Shown one piece after another: positions 1-12,891 of a DNA stretch of 64,000 bases. The position numbers were made by a program, and so were the translations under genes. Each line of letters begins with the position of its first letter. Within the stretch, counting starts at the first letter, position 1. The notes under the pieces are model-generated. The model saw only the letters and a program-made list of their open reading frames with translations, did no database searches and was not told the origin of the DNA. Origin of the DNA: Octopus bimaculoides (taxonomy: Eukaryota); the NCBI RefSeq assembly GCF_001194135.2, contig NC_069001.1, forward strand, positions 19,294,321 to 19,358,320. Direction: 5' to 3'.

Positions 1-1024
1 TGAGGCAACATTCAAGAAAATTTTTGTCTGGAGTCACGTAGAAACAATGGAACAGAAAATTAGTCAGTGAATCCAAGTTCAACAATCAGAATCAATGGAT
101 TTTGCTTTCATATAAGCATATAGAACAATATTCCAGTAATTTTGATGAGAGTTCATAAACTACCTTCTTGATGCAAGAAATAATTACAGTCCTAATGAAT
201 AAAGTGTAGATGCATTCAAGACCCTTCTACTTTTGTTTGGAATATGGTAATCTACCTTGAAACAAACTACTAAAATCCAGGCTGTTTTACAAACAACTCC
301 ATTTTCATTCCAATGATGAATCACATGAAGTCAAAGAACTTCACTTTATCAGGTTACCTGGTGATGACAGAGTTTATAAAAATTCACATAAGATCAATAA
401 TAAAGTTCAATAACCAACTGAATACATCACGGTTTCCAACACTCATTCTCAAATTAAAGAAGTGACTTGTATCATGCTTTTCAGATATTTGGATCCTTGA
501 AATGTCACACACTGCATCATCATAAGCTTACATAATCCTGTTTGAAGCTGGTGGGGCTCCAGGGTATCTCAAAAATATTTCATGTGTCTCAAAAGATGGA
601 GTTCCTTTTCACATTCATTTACAAATAATTTCCAGTCAAAGAAGTTTTTGCCTCAGCATGCAACAAGGTAGACAATTAAGTAGATGGAAGATATACCAAC
701 CAACAAAGTTCTTTCCAAATGGCCAAGTGTAGAAGAGGATGAAAATACTACATTTATTGACAAAAGGGTTTAAAAAGAAATTCTACAGTAATGCTGTAAT
801 ATCAGTGCTAATATTGGTGTAAAATTGCATACCTTTTACACAATTAGGAATATTTAAGATGCCAATCATTTTAATGTCAAAACTTGGTTATTCATTTGAA
901 CAGGGTTTCTGAATGATGTCATCAGTTCATTACCAAAAGAAATCAATAATTGTTGAAAAGAATGGATCATGGTTTTAGCCTCAGTATGGAAGAATTCAAT
1001 CAATTCAATAATTGAATGTGTAGG

Positions 1025-3366
1025 TGTTGAGTACAACACCCTCTGACAAGAATAGATGGGACCATTACATAGAAATAGTAGTGGTCTATGTAGTTGGTAG
1101 TTTGTAGTTTGGTCTTTGAAGTCCAGGTACAGTTTACAGTTCAAGTTAGTGTGTTGGAGATATTGATTGTTGGTTTGTTGCATGTTTGTTACTGCTGCTG
1201 TTTCTATTTTGTATTGTTATAACACTGTTACAGTGTATTCTTTATCTAACATCGACAATATCAACTGTACTATGATATTGGAGGCTTAAGGATATAGCAT
1301 CTGGTAATGAGGATTTTTTGAAGCTCACAATTTGTGTCATACAAATTGTTAAATTACAGAGAACCTATTAGCTGCAGTAAAACAGCTTCAAGAGAAGCAA
1401 CAGGAACAACCACAGAATTTGCAGAAGCAGATATTACAACAACAACAGTTAATTGAGTTATAGTCAAAGAAGTCCGAAAATTCTACTGCAAAAGTATAAA
1501 TGGCTGTCCCATTAAAAATAAAATCGTCTGAGGAATTGAAGAGAAAATTGAAAAAGATGTTTCCTTAAGTATTATTGGAGGACTTAGGTCTATGTAAAAA
1601 GACTGAAGCCTGCTTTCAAGTAAGTGAAAATGCTGTGCCTCTATTTAAATCTAACAGAAAGGTACCGTTCATGGCAACTAAAATCATAAATGAAGAGTTG
1701 GACAGACTGGAAAAGAGTGGAATCATCAAAAAAGGTGGATTACTCTAAGTGAGTGGTGCCCACGGTGTGCATTAAAAAGAAAAATAATAAGATTATGCTG
1801 TGTGCCCATTTCTCTAAAGGATCAAGCAACTGCTTAAAGACATGCCACCATTGACTCCTGACTCCAGAGGACATTTTCACAAAATTAAATGGTGGAAAAA
1901 TTTTCTCCAAATTGGATCTGTCTGACACTTTATTTACAGATTAAAGTAAATAACAAATGCTCAAAGTATCTGACAATACATACACATTGAAGATTGTACA
2001 GATATACCCGGTAACTTTTTGGATTAAAAGTTGCACCAGCAATATTTCAGCAAATTATGGATGCTATGTTATCTGATGGTGAATTTGCAATCCCTTATTT
2101 GGATGATATATTGATTAAGAGTAATTTGCATGAACAGCATGTGGAGCATATAAAAGCTGCGTTCAAGAAAATTAAAGAGTACAGGTTCACTTTGAGTGAA
2201 AAACAATTTGAATTTTTCTTTTTTTTTTGCCTCAAATTAGGCACTTAGGGTAAATAACTGATAATTAATGGTAGACAGCCTCACCTGTCGAGGACAGATG
2301 CAATAAAGAGTATGCCTGCTCCAACAAATATACCAACATTACAAACATTTCTTGGGCTGGCAAACTACTACCAAAACTACATTCCTAACATGCACAAATT
2401 AAGAACTCCATTTTAAAACCTGCAGAAATTATAAAGAAGGCTGGGAGGATGTAACCAAAAAAAAACAGGAAGTAAGCTGTATCTAATTAAAGGACCATGC
2501 TGGGAACATAAGAGACACATAAATCAGCTAAAGAAAAACATACTGAAGAGTGGAGAGAAATGCTAATGGAAGTATTTTTTAATGTATTCGATGTCCCAGC
2601 ACTGAACGTAATGGAGTCCCGTAGAACCAGCATGAGAAAACAGAAGCAGACCAAACCACCTTGAGATTATTTTTGAACTGCTTAATGTTTTGTATCACTT
2701 TTTGTGGGTACTTTATTCTTTAATTCTGCAGTTTCTTTAAGTGTTTGTCTCATCTCTTGGTTTTCTCATTGAATGTTTTCTTATTTCAGGTTTTATTGGA
2801 ATATGTTCTTCTGCAGCATTTTCATGTTTTAATGAGTCACGTATTTTTTTGTCTGGTGTTACATCATAGGGTATTTGGAGGAGAGAGCTAAAGCTATTTC
2901 TCGCTGACATGGCATATCTGTTGTGAATGTCTGGATTTCTTAGGGCAGCCCAATCATAGTTTTTGTGGTTGTTTTCTGGTTATATTTTTATGAATGCCAA
3001 GTTCATATTTTTATGAATGCCAAGTGAAAAAGATAGTAAAATATAATTATAATAAATAAAAATTTCTTTATTCCTTCAGAACTCAAAATCTCAAAAAGGG
3101 AGATGTTGTGGCAAGAGAATAACACCCTCTGACGAGAATAGACAGGTCCACTAAACACAAATAGTTGTGGTCTGATGTCAGCAGTTCACAGTTTGGTCTT
3201 CGAAGTCCAGGTACAGTTTACAGTTTGAGTTAGTGTGTTAGAAATACTGATTGTTGGTTTGTAAAAGATTGTTGGTTCGTTATGTTTGTTACTGCTGCTG
3301 TTTCTATTTTGTATTGTTATCTAACATTGACATTATCTACAATATTAGAGGTGTAAGGATATAACA
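1025..3366 (+). mobile_element. Internally deleted Gypsy-type LTR retrotransposon (degenerate)
   Basis: Two alignable ~265-275 bp LTRs, 1025-1299 (TGTTG...GCA) and 3104-3366 (TGTTG...ACA). PBS-like TGGTAATGAGGA follows the 5' LTR; purine tract AAAAAGGGAGA precedes the 3' LTR. Q-rich gag remnant; RT remnant with ...FSKLDLSD..., ...GLKVAPAIFQQIMDAMLSDGEFAIPYLDDILI; integrase C-terminal remnant ~2420-2665. RNase H and most of the integrase are missing. No TSD recognised. Confidence 0.85.
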
Positions 3367-3369
3367 ACT

Positions 3370-6300
3370 AAGCCCTTCATTGCACAATGAGAGCTTTAAA
3401 TCGTATTGAAAAAGTTTACTCTAGAATTAGAGTAACAAGATTTAATAGTAATCCAAAAGCCACAATCATATTATGTTACAGTCCAACAAATGTCTCACTT
3501 GATGAGGATGTGACTGAATTCTATGAGAGCTTTTCAAATTTAACTAGAGACATACCACCAACATAATCTCACAATAGTTGTTGGGGATATGAAGGCACAC
3601 CATGGAGAAGATCTTATGTACAGATACACACAATATCCACTTCCAAGAAGAAATGGAAAGTACCTAGATGAATATATAGAAGAGAATGGACTTAATTACC
3701 TGAACACAAAATTTCAGAAAAGAAAATGAAAACTCCTAACATATTCAGTCCAAATAGTAGCAAAGCACAGCTAGATTTTATGCTTATAAACAGTAAATGG
3801 ATTAATAGTGCTATAAACTGTGAGGTTTACAACTTTTGCTGTAATTTCACCTCTGATCATAAAACACGGCATTCATAAAAATATAACCAGAAAACAACCA
3901 CAAAAACTATGATTGGGCTGCCCTAAGAAATCCAGACATTCACAACAGATATGCCATGTCAGCGAGAAATAGCTTTAGCTCTCTCCTCCAAATACCCTAT
4001 GACGTAACCCCAGACAAAAAAATATGTGACTCATTAAAACATGAAAATGCTGCAGAAGAACATATTCCAATAAAACCTGAAATAAGAAAACATTCAATGA
4101 GAAAACCAAGAGATGAGACAAACACTTAAAGAAACTGCAGAATTAAAGAATAAAGTACCCACAAAAAGTGATACAAAACATTAAGCAGTTCAAAAATAAT
4201 TTATTCAGCAGAAAAAAAATCAAACTAGTTCAATCCTCAATCAAAAATAAACAATCTGCATCAGCCTGGCAAACCATTAATGAAATCAGTGGATAAAAAA
4301 TCCAATCAAGTAAAAACTCAAAGCAAACAAGTGAAAAAAATCTCTTCCAAGATCTCTCTGGCAAACTTCCAGATGTAGTTGATACAACAAATATCAGAAC
4401 AAATCAATATCAAATGTTTACAAATGCTTGACTGGAAACTGTTCTAAAAACATAGAAATCGAACAGAGTACCTGCCTTGATGACATACCACCTTAGGTAT
4501 GGAAAACCAAAACAATTTAATGATGTCCTCTTGAAGTTCTGCAATGATGTATATAATCAAAACAATATATGAGAGGTGTTCATTAAAGATTTCCCTTGAC
4601 CCACTTCCGGTTATTGCAGGAAACGGAACTTGCACAGGTATACGTCTCTACATGCCACATTGTAAATTGCAGCTTTCCACTAGTATTCGTTTGTCTTTTA
4701 TGGTGGCTGAAGTGGACTAAGGTATTACAATGGAGGCAGATGAATGCAGATCAGTGATCAGGTTCTTGCACTTGACAGGTCATACACCAAAAGAGACTTT
4801 TGGTGAGATGAAAGTTTATGGTGATGACGCACCATTATATGATGTAGTCAAGCACTAGCATCGCCAGTTCAAATGTGGTTGGACACCAGTGGAAACTGCA
4901 CCTATTCCTGGACAACCACATTCAGCCATTGATGACGACACTATCCATAAAATGGAAGCTGCCATTTTGGAGGACCGCCACATAACTATTTGGCAACAAA
5001 CCCAAGAAGTGAAGATAAGTGTTGAGTCCATGGAAAAAATCATTCACAGCCAATTGCACATGCAGAAGTTGTCTGCACGATGGATTTCGTAGATGCTCAC
5101 ACCTTTTCAGAAGCAGGAATGAGTCAATTGCTCCCAGGCTCTTTTGGCAATGTGCCAAGAAAATGAGGACTTTTTTGGCAGACTTATCACACAGGATGAA
5201 ACAAGGGTCCATCATTATGATCCAGTCGAAGCAATGGAAGCATGATAACTCACCACCTCCAAAGAAGGCTCATGTCCAACCCTCAGCAGGCAAGGTGATG
5301 TTCACAGTCTTTTGAAACCAGTGTGGATTAGTGATGATGGATTTTCTGGCAAAGGGCACCACAACTGATGGGGAATATTATGCTTCTCTGCTGCAGAAAT
5401 TGCGGGACACCATCAAAGCAGAGAGGCATGGCATGCTGACCAAAGAAGTCTGCCTCCTCCAAGACAACATCCCAGTTCACAATATGCATGTTGCCCAGAT
5501 GAAAGCACACTCCCACGGCTATGAAGTCCTTCCTCATCCCCCTTACTCTCCTGACCTTGCACCATCTGACTTCCACCACTTTCCAGCCATGAGGTCTTTT
5601 TTGAAGGGGAAACACTTTTCGGATGATAATGAACTTATTTCTGAGGTATAGTCTTGGCTCCAAACATAACCTACTGACTTCTACAAATGAGGTCTTCACA
5701 GTAGCATAGAGTGATGGGAGAAGTGTATCATCACTGGTGGTGGCTATGTAGAGAAGGACTAATAATTATGTCAAGTTTTGTTTATCCCAGTCCTTGGGAA
5801 GTGGGTCAGGGGAAATTTTTAATGAACACCCCTCACAGAAATATAGACTAAGAGCTGTACCCTCCCTTTTCCAATAGCTACAAAAATTTATAACTATATG
5901 CTGCTTAACTGCATACATCCAGAAATTAAAAAGGTATTGAGCAAAAATCAAAATGGCTTTTGAAGAGGACAATCAACTACCAGTCATATCTTAACCATTC
6001 AAAAAATTCTTGAAGGTGTGAAGACTAAAAATATAAGTAGTGTTCTGTTATTTGTTGATTTCTCCAAAGCCTTCAGTTACCTAGAGGTAAAATGGAAGAA
6101 ACACTGTTAGATGAAACAGTAAAAGCCATTATGATACTCAGCAAAAATACGTTCAATGGTACAATCTCTAGATGGTGATATAAGCTTCTCTGAAATTGTC
6201 GGAGTGCTACAAGGTGACACTTTAGCACCCTATGCCTACATCAATTCTTTGGATTACTTTCTCAGAACTTCTGTTGATGCAATTAAAGACAATGGATTTA

Positions 6301-6945
6301 CACTACTACATCCATGAAAGAGATATCTTGCCACAAAAATAACAGATGCAGATTATGCTGATGATTTAGTGCTACTCTCCGATCTAATAAGCTAAGCAGA
6401 AACCCTTCTTGAACATTCAGCCAAATGCAAAACAGATTACATAAACAGACAAAACAGATTGCATAAGCTTAAATCAAAATAATAACTAGCATCTCTCAAC
6501 TGTGTAGAATACTTATCTATATAGTAAAATGTCTAGCTGCAAAAGTGATGTAAACACATGCATTGGCAGCCTGGGCTGCCATCAACAAGTTATCTCTAGT
6601 ATGTAAATCGAGACTTCCAGACAACATAAAAAGGAGCCTCTTTCAAGTAACTGTTACCTCTGTCTATTGTAAGGCTGCTCTGCATGAACCCTTACCTCAA
6701 AACTGGAAAGAAGATTGGATGGCACCTACACTTGCATGCTAAGTGTGGCTTTGAATATCACCTGGAGAGAGATCTAAGCAACTGTATGGGAACCTTCATC
6801 CAATATTAGACATCAACAAAGAGTGTAGAGTCAGATTCAAAAGGCATTGCTGGAGAGCTAAAGATGAAATAGAATTGGATGGTGACAGAGTCACAGGAAT
6901 CCATACAAGGAGTGTGATTGGATGGGGAAAGCTTCTGAATATAAA
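3370..6945 (+). mobile_element. Decayed RTE-clade (RTE-X-like) LINE, interrupted by a mariner
   Basis: APE endonuclease remnants (CYSPTN, IVVGDM, KAQLDFMLIN), RT remnants (KNQNGF, LLFVDFSKAF, GVLQGDTLAP, DYADD) and C-terminal RHCWRAKDE. The reading resumes across the mariner (YNQN.I|EK.TK.C.LPF). Confidence 0.8.
4570..5835 (+). mobile_element. Mariner (DD34D) DNA transposon, full length but with stops and frameshifts
   Basis: ~39-bp TIRs (TGAGAGGTGTTCATTAAAGATTTCCCTTGACCCACTTCC / GGAAGTGGGTCAGGGGAAATTTTTAATGAACACCCCTCA); TA at 4568-4569, CA on the right. Transposase 4730-5762 with QDNIPVH and HPPYSPDLAPSDF motifs. Confidence 0.92.
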
Positions 6946-8669
6946 GGATTGCATACAATTACCACTTTAGATAAACTTAGTGCAACGATTGATAAGAAGA
7001 AATCTCCACTTTAAGATCCAGGTATGACAGAAGTCTGGCAGTGATATTTTATGCTACAACAAGAACAAATGGGTTTCTGCACACTAATGATAAAAATAAT
7101 TTTATCAAATGCTAGTATGATAGCCATATAGAAAGTTTCGGTAATGGTGAAATCCTTGAAACTTGAAGAAATGAATGACATGCAATGTCATCAGTTCATC
7201 GCCAAAAGAAATCAATAATTGTTGAAAGACTCAGAGATTATTATCACAAGATGTAAATCTGGCTGCATCAATCTAATGTTGTTCTCAGAGATTATATAAC
7301 TCAACTCATTTTTGTCAATTTTATAAAAATTGGAACTAAAATGCCAGAGTACAGAGAAGATTCAAATGAAACTCATAGATACCTGCAATCATCTGAGCAT
7401 CGTGTAAAATCATTAGAATATCTTCAATCAGGTGAACTGAATCTCAATGCATGTATTGAAATTATTCAACAATTTAAAATGATTTCTAAATCTTGGATAA
7501 TTGAAAGAAAGAGTAGGGCGATGTTGATGATATCAATGTATCATATAGAACTAATAAAAACAAATATAAACCTAGTTCTGATTGTTACTTTTGAAGATGT
7601 AAGCATGTACCATCAAAATGTTTTGCCTTTGATTAAAATTGTTTCAAATACAGATTAAAGAATCACTTTCAGAAAATATGTAAAACACACGCACAAAGAA
7701 AAACAGGTTGAGGAAATTTTTAAATGAAGATGCTGAAAGTATTTATGAAATTGTTATAAAGACAGTACTATGATCAATGTACACAAGATGATTTTGAATT
7801 CTAATTAAACTTGGATTACAAATGAGTTTGTGGCAGCTTCAGATACAAGCACAGAAATATTTAAGAATACAAAATACATCTGTACATTGCTGTGAGAGAA
7901 GAAAAATTATGGAAAATGAACCATGTGAAAATGTAAAACAGTTTAAAAGGATAAATTTTTCTGATGATATGAAAAAATATCTTATCACTGTGATATCTCT
8001 GGTCTATAATTCTTCTAGAGAAATACCTTAACTAATTACAAATTCATTTATATAAGATAAGAAGTAATTAGAATCCTTGATAAGACTTGGCAATTTCTCT
8101 GAGAGATTGAAGATATTTTGTTAATTATTCAGGTATGTTATTTTTTGCAATACTCTGCAAATGTGGTGTCCCTTTTTCCTGGGGAGGTCAATAGCAAAAG
8201 GTATTTGAGCATGGAAAACTGATGTTAGTATCAAAAGCCTGTGATCCAGATTTATGATGTTACAGCCATCCTGTCGTTTGTCAAGAGCATTTAATCATAG
8301 TTAAGATTGAAAGAAAAGCTTTGGTGATTGCATGGTATCTTCAAAAGCATGGTGTTTTGAATTTGGTTAACAATTTAAATTGGTCTTAGATCATATACCA
8401 CTAGAATATATTTATGGCCAATTTCAAGTTGAACCTTACAAATAACAGCATTTGATTCTGAAACATACTATGTAAAGAGACCTGAAATACCTTATGGTGA
8501 TGTATTGCAATTGGAATCTATGAATAATGTAGGTTTGGATGAACATGAACATAATGATGACTTTTTGTATCCATCTTGTACAAAAGACATTCAAGAATGT
8601 AAAAATATAAATTAGAGATGGTCAATGGCAATATTTTAACTGCTATATTAAAAATAATATATTATTTTA

Positions 8670-8890
8670 ATAATCCTTTCTACTATAGGCACAAGGGCTG
8701 GATTTTTGTGGGGAGGGGGACAATTGATCACATCAAACCCAGTACTTGACCGGTACTTAATTTATTGACCACCAAAAGGATGAAAGGCAAAGTTGACCTT
8801 GATGGAATTTGAACTCAGAATGTAGTGACAGATGAAATACCGCTAAGCATTTCAACCGGCGTGTTAATGATTCTGCCAGCTCACCGCCTT
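8670..8890 (-). mobile_element. tRNA-derived SINE (octopus-type)
   Basis: Minus strand begins AAGGCGGTGAGCTGGCAGAATC (A-box-like) ... GAGTTCAAATTCC (B-box-like). Alignable by eye with 63209-63410 and 18455-18645. Confidence 0.75.
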
Positions 8891-9420
8891 CAACAGACCA
8901 ATTTTAGTCTGATTCTGAAAAGTCATTTAAGTTATTGAAAAATAAGTTAAAAGTTGAAGATGCATTTTGTACAACAGAGAATTGATTGAAATTAGAAGAA
9001 TAGTGGCCTAGTTGCTGTGAAGATGTGGAAGAACAATATGTAAGGATATATCTGTCATGGGCAAGAATGAAAGTGGCATTACTTTACACAGGACACATGT
9101 GGCCTGACGAAATTAAAGCATGGATATATATCCATATGCATCATGCTTGTATCAAGAATTTAGAACCACTCTTCTTACTTGTTGATACATACCATAAGTA
9201 ATAAGAATTACGAATAAAGAAGCTGAAATGATTAGATGAGTTATACGAATTGTGCTTGTCAGAAAGAATGTTTCAGAAACATTAATGTCAAACTAAGTCT
9301 AGGAATTTCATAATGACTTAACTACATGGCTTAATAAAATCAGTCATAAGCACCTGCACATCATCCAGAAACAAATGGAATTGATGAAAGTTAAAATAAA
9401 TTCACCAAGTAAAGGTTCTG

Positions 9421-9610
9421 TTAACGTTTTAGCATTGAGATTTCTTTGTCAATTGTAATGCTTATTCATTCACATTGCTTTGAATTAATCATACATTATC
9501 TTGTAGTTTCAAGATTTTAATGGTGTGTTTGTATACTTTTAGAATGACATTGTAGGATAGGTATGAGAAGTTGGATCTGGTCAATTTTAACAGGTGGAAT
9601 ATTTGGGTCA
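9421..9610. mobile_element. Truncated MITE-like repeat with a TTAA/piggyBac-like end
   Basis: Begins TTAAC(G)TTTTAGCATT and resembles a short non-autonomous repeat I recall from octopus DNA. The other terminus is not visible. Confidence 0.4.
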
Positions 9611-10447
9611 ATCCTTCACTCCAAAAGAATTCTTTATCCACCTTTTTACATGGTAGACAGATAACAATGCCTTATGGATCTACAGTTCCAATTTGCTATC
9701 GGTACTGATTAAATGAACCATAAGGAGCTAGGTTTATAGCTCAAACAGGTAACAATACGGTTGTGAATTTTAATGGAGAACAGTGTTTACCAGCTCATGA
9801 AACAATGATACAAAGAAACAATGATACAAATATTGATAATAAACAAATTGTGAAAACAGTTTCTCAGTCTTTGAATGTTATTTCAGACTCTATTAATAAT
9901 GATTGTGATTTGACAACTGATACCAGAACAAATACTACAAGTAGTGTTAGATTTGTTTCTGAGACACAGATGTTAAGTTAATTTCATTGTAGCATTGCAT
10001 GCATTTAACTTGTTGATTAAGACTATTTAAGGCTGCTATCAGCTTAGTGTCAGAGCTCAGCCACTCAGCTGAATAAAGATTCTAACCATAAAGACTCCCA
10101 TGTGGGTTTGGTTTACTTAGATAAACTTAGCACAATACAACAATGGTGTTGCTGATTAATAATAACCAACTTCCACTTGACGACTCATATATGTGAAGTC
10201 TATGTAATTCCATCTTGTTTTAAATGGAATAAAAGTTGTTCTGTAATTGTTAGAACAGAAAAATAACACCTTGATGCAAGAAAATTCAGTTCCAATTTTA
10301 ACAAAAGCAAAAGGAGGCTAAAAAACAAGAAACCTTCACAAGAATTAGGAGAAATATCACCATAAAAGCAGTGTTTCTCCTGCTTTATTTTAATGTATGT
10401 AACATGATTTCATTTTTCAGGGTCCTACCATTTACATTATAGTATTG

Positions 10448-10453
10448 TTTATT
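10448..10453 (-). promoter_or_regulatory. Candidate polyadenylation signal (AATAAA) of the HINT2-like gene
   Basis: First AATAAA I found on the minus strand downstream of the stop codon, ~380 bp away; a second lies at 10384-10389. No transcript evidence. Confidence 0.3.
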
Positions 10454-10830
10454 ATATATAGCTCTGCTGTTCATTACTGAGTTTATAGAGTACTTTTATA
10501 TATCATTTAACAAAATACATCTTACCATCTTTTGAAAAATAGTTATATATACATAGAGACAGAGAGAGAGGGAGGGAGAGAGATACTAACAGACAGATAT
10601 ATGAATTACAGCCACATTAACACCATTCTATTTTGATAGTATAAAATACTGCTGAAGAGGTTTCAGCCTACACTACATCTGTAAATTAAACTTTATATAT
10701 CTATCACCTGATTAGCTATCAAAGAACATAAACGATTTCATTAGTCCTTTAAGACAAAGCAAAGAGGAACAGAAAACTGAAAGCAAATTACAAAAAGCAG
10801 AAGGACCAGATGCTGAACAATCATATCCTG

Positions 10831-10947
<117 letters not shown>

Positions 10948-11029
10948 TTAGAATATTAATTTTACACTTTGTTAGATATTTTTTGAAAGCTTTTCAAAGA
11001 AACAAATTTAAAAATATAATTACAATACT

Positions 11030-12515
11030 AACAATATCAAGCTTATGCCCTGAAAAGCAGAGTCCCCAAGAGCAGGGTTTGTGATGCTCATGATGAAACA
11101 ATTTGACCATATAGGATCTTGGTGTCCAAACTTGACTCCAACCAAAAACAAAACTAGACACTAGAGTTGGCCAATACATTTACTAAACACTAGCTGCAAT
11201 GTATTGAACTGGAATATCAGGGAAGTAAAGAAAATTGACAGAAAAATATGCAAGCTGCTGAGTTATAATAAGATGCATCACCCAAAGGTAGACATAGATC
11301 ATTTTTACTTTCCCAGAGCCCAAGGAGGTTGAGACTTGATCCAGTTTAAACTCTCTTACAAAACCATCACAATTAGACTAGCCAAATATCTTGAAACAAC
11401 AAACAACTGGCTGCTAAAACTTGTTGAAAATCATGAGAGGCATAAGAAGCTTCAGTCTGTCATAAAGGAAACCAAAACATTTGCTACTGATCTCATGCAT
11501 GATACCCAGGTTGAACAACTATTGTTGCAAAGAAGGTGAAATTAATAGCAAAGAAAAAAGTGTACAAGCAATTGGCTTATAGATGGGAGCAGAAACACCT
11601 GCATGGCAAACATGTGGCCTGTAGCAAACAAGCAGATGTACACCAGAAGCATACTCATCGATGGCTACAGAGCTCAGGATAAAAGGCAGAGAGTAAAGGC
11701 TTCATCTTAGCTGCACAAGATCAGAGCTTATTGATTCAGAACTGCTTAGTCAATGTGATGAAAAATGGAGTAGATTCAAAGTGCCAATTCTGCAATGATG
11801 AGATTGAAACAGCGGACCACCTAATCTCTGGATGTAAAGTTTTAGCATCAGTAAAGTATAAATCAAGACATGACAGAGTTGTCCAATAGCTACACTGGTT
11901 AATATAATGACATTATAAAATCAAGCTGACAAATGATACAAGCATCACTCTGAGGCTGCATCACTCTGAGGGAGAAAATGTAACGATGCTTTGAGACTTT
12001 CCTGTCTTACAAATAGAACCATCAAAAATAATAAACTGGATATTGCTGTAGAAGACCAAAATATCAAAGTTTGTTTATTGATTAATATGAGTATCCCTTG
12101 TGATCATAATATTGTAGCAAAAGAATTTGACAAGCTCAAAAATATAAAAATTTGCTCATAGAAATCAAAAAATGTGGCATCTCAAGATGGTTACAATACC
12201 AATGATTGCATGAGCACTAGGAATGATCAAAAAAGGAACTGAAAATTACTTGACAATGATGCCTGGCTTACCATTCCTACAAGAAGTGCAAAAGATGATT
12301 TTAACCTGTATGTCACACATACTGAGTAGAGCATTGTTGCTATGGGAATGAAAACCAACCATGTAAATAATTTATTTCTAACTATTTAATCTGGTGTGTT
12401 TATTTTAATAGCCTATCAATGTATACAGTGCATTTCTTTGCCCTAGATATCAGGAAGACACTCAGCAAGAAATGGAAACAAAACTGAAAGAAGAAAAACT
12501 CATAGTAATAATAAT
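11030..12515 (+). mobile_element. R4/Dong-like (RLE-endonuclease) non-LTR retrotransposon, 3' part, decayed
   Basis: MHHPKVDIDHFYFPRAQGG; AAQDQSL; CCHC knuckle CQFCNDEIETADHLISGC; RHDRV; restriction-like endonuclease region (NKLDI...SIP); (TAA)n tail at ~12505-12515. A separate knuckle fragment lies at ~11030-11190. Confidence 0.8.
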
Positions 12516-12659
12516 GATTTTATTTTATTTGCCATCATGGCAATGGGTGAGGGGCAACCATATAAATACAATGAAAAGAAAAAATATGTAAAAGGTATGC
12601 ACACTATACAGTAAAAATAAAAATAAATATATATAGTACACATCAGTTAAAAAGGGTAA

Positions 12660-12833
12660 TAATGATGTAGTCCCCCTGATACAAGAGGATCTCTGGGGCC
12701 AATTGAGGAACCTCACCATTCAAGATGTCTTTGGACACCTAGGATAAGTGCTCTCACCATTTCCTGTTCTCTAATTCCACACATCATTTTTGATACTTAA
12801 ACCTATATTTCAGTACATATGCTTAGGGACAGT

Positions 12834-12891
<58 letters not shown>

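Noticed and set aside
895-930. Hammerhead-like CTGATGA...GAAAC on the minus strand
   Set aside because: There is no pairable stem II and no NUH cleavage triplet in register with stem I, and the paralogous segment at ~7185 lacks GAAAC.
9763-9981. 72-aa N/T/D/S-rich ORF
   Set aside because: Low complexity, starts at GTG, has no recognisable domain or splice context; at most part of the unidentified relic.
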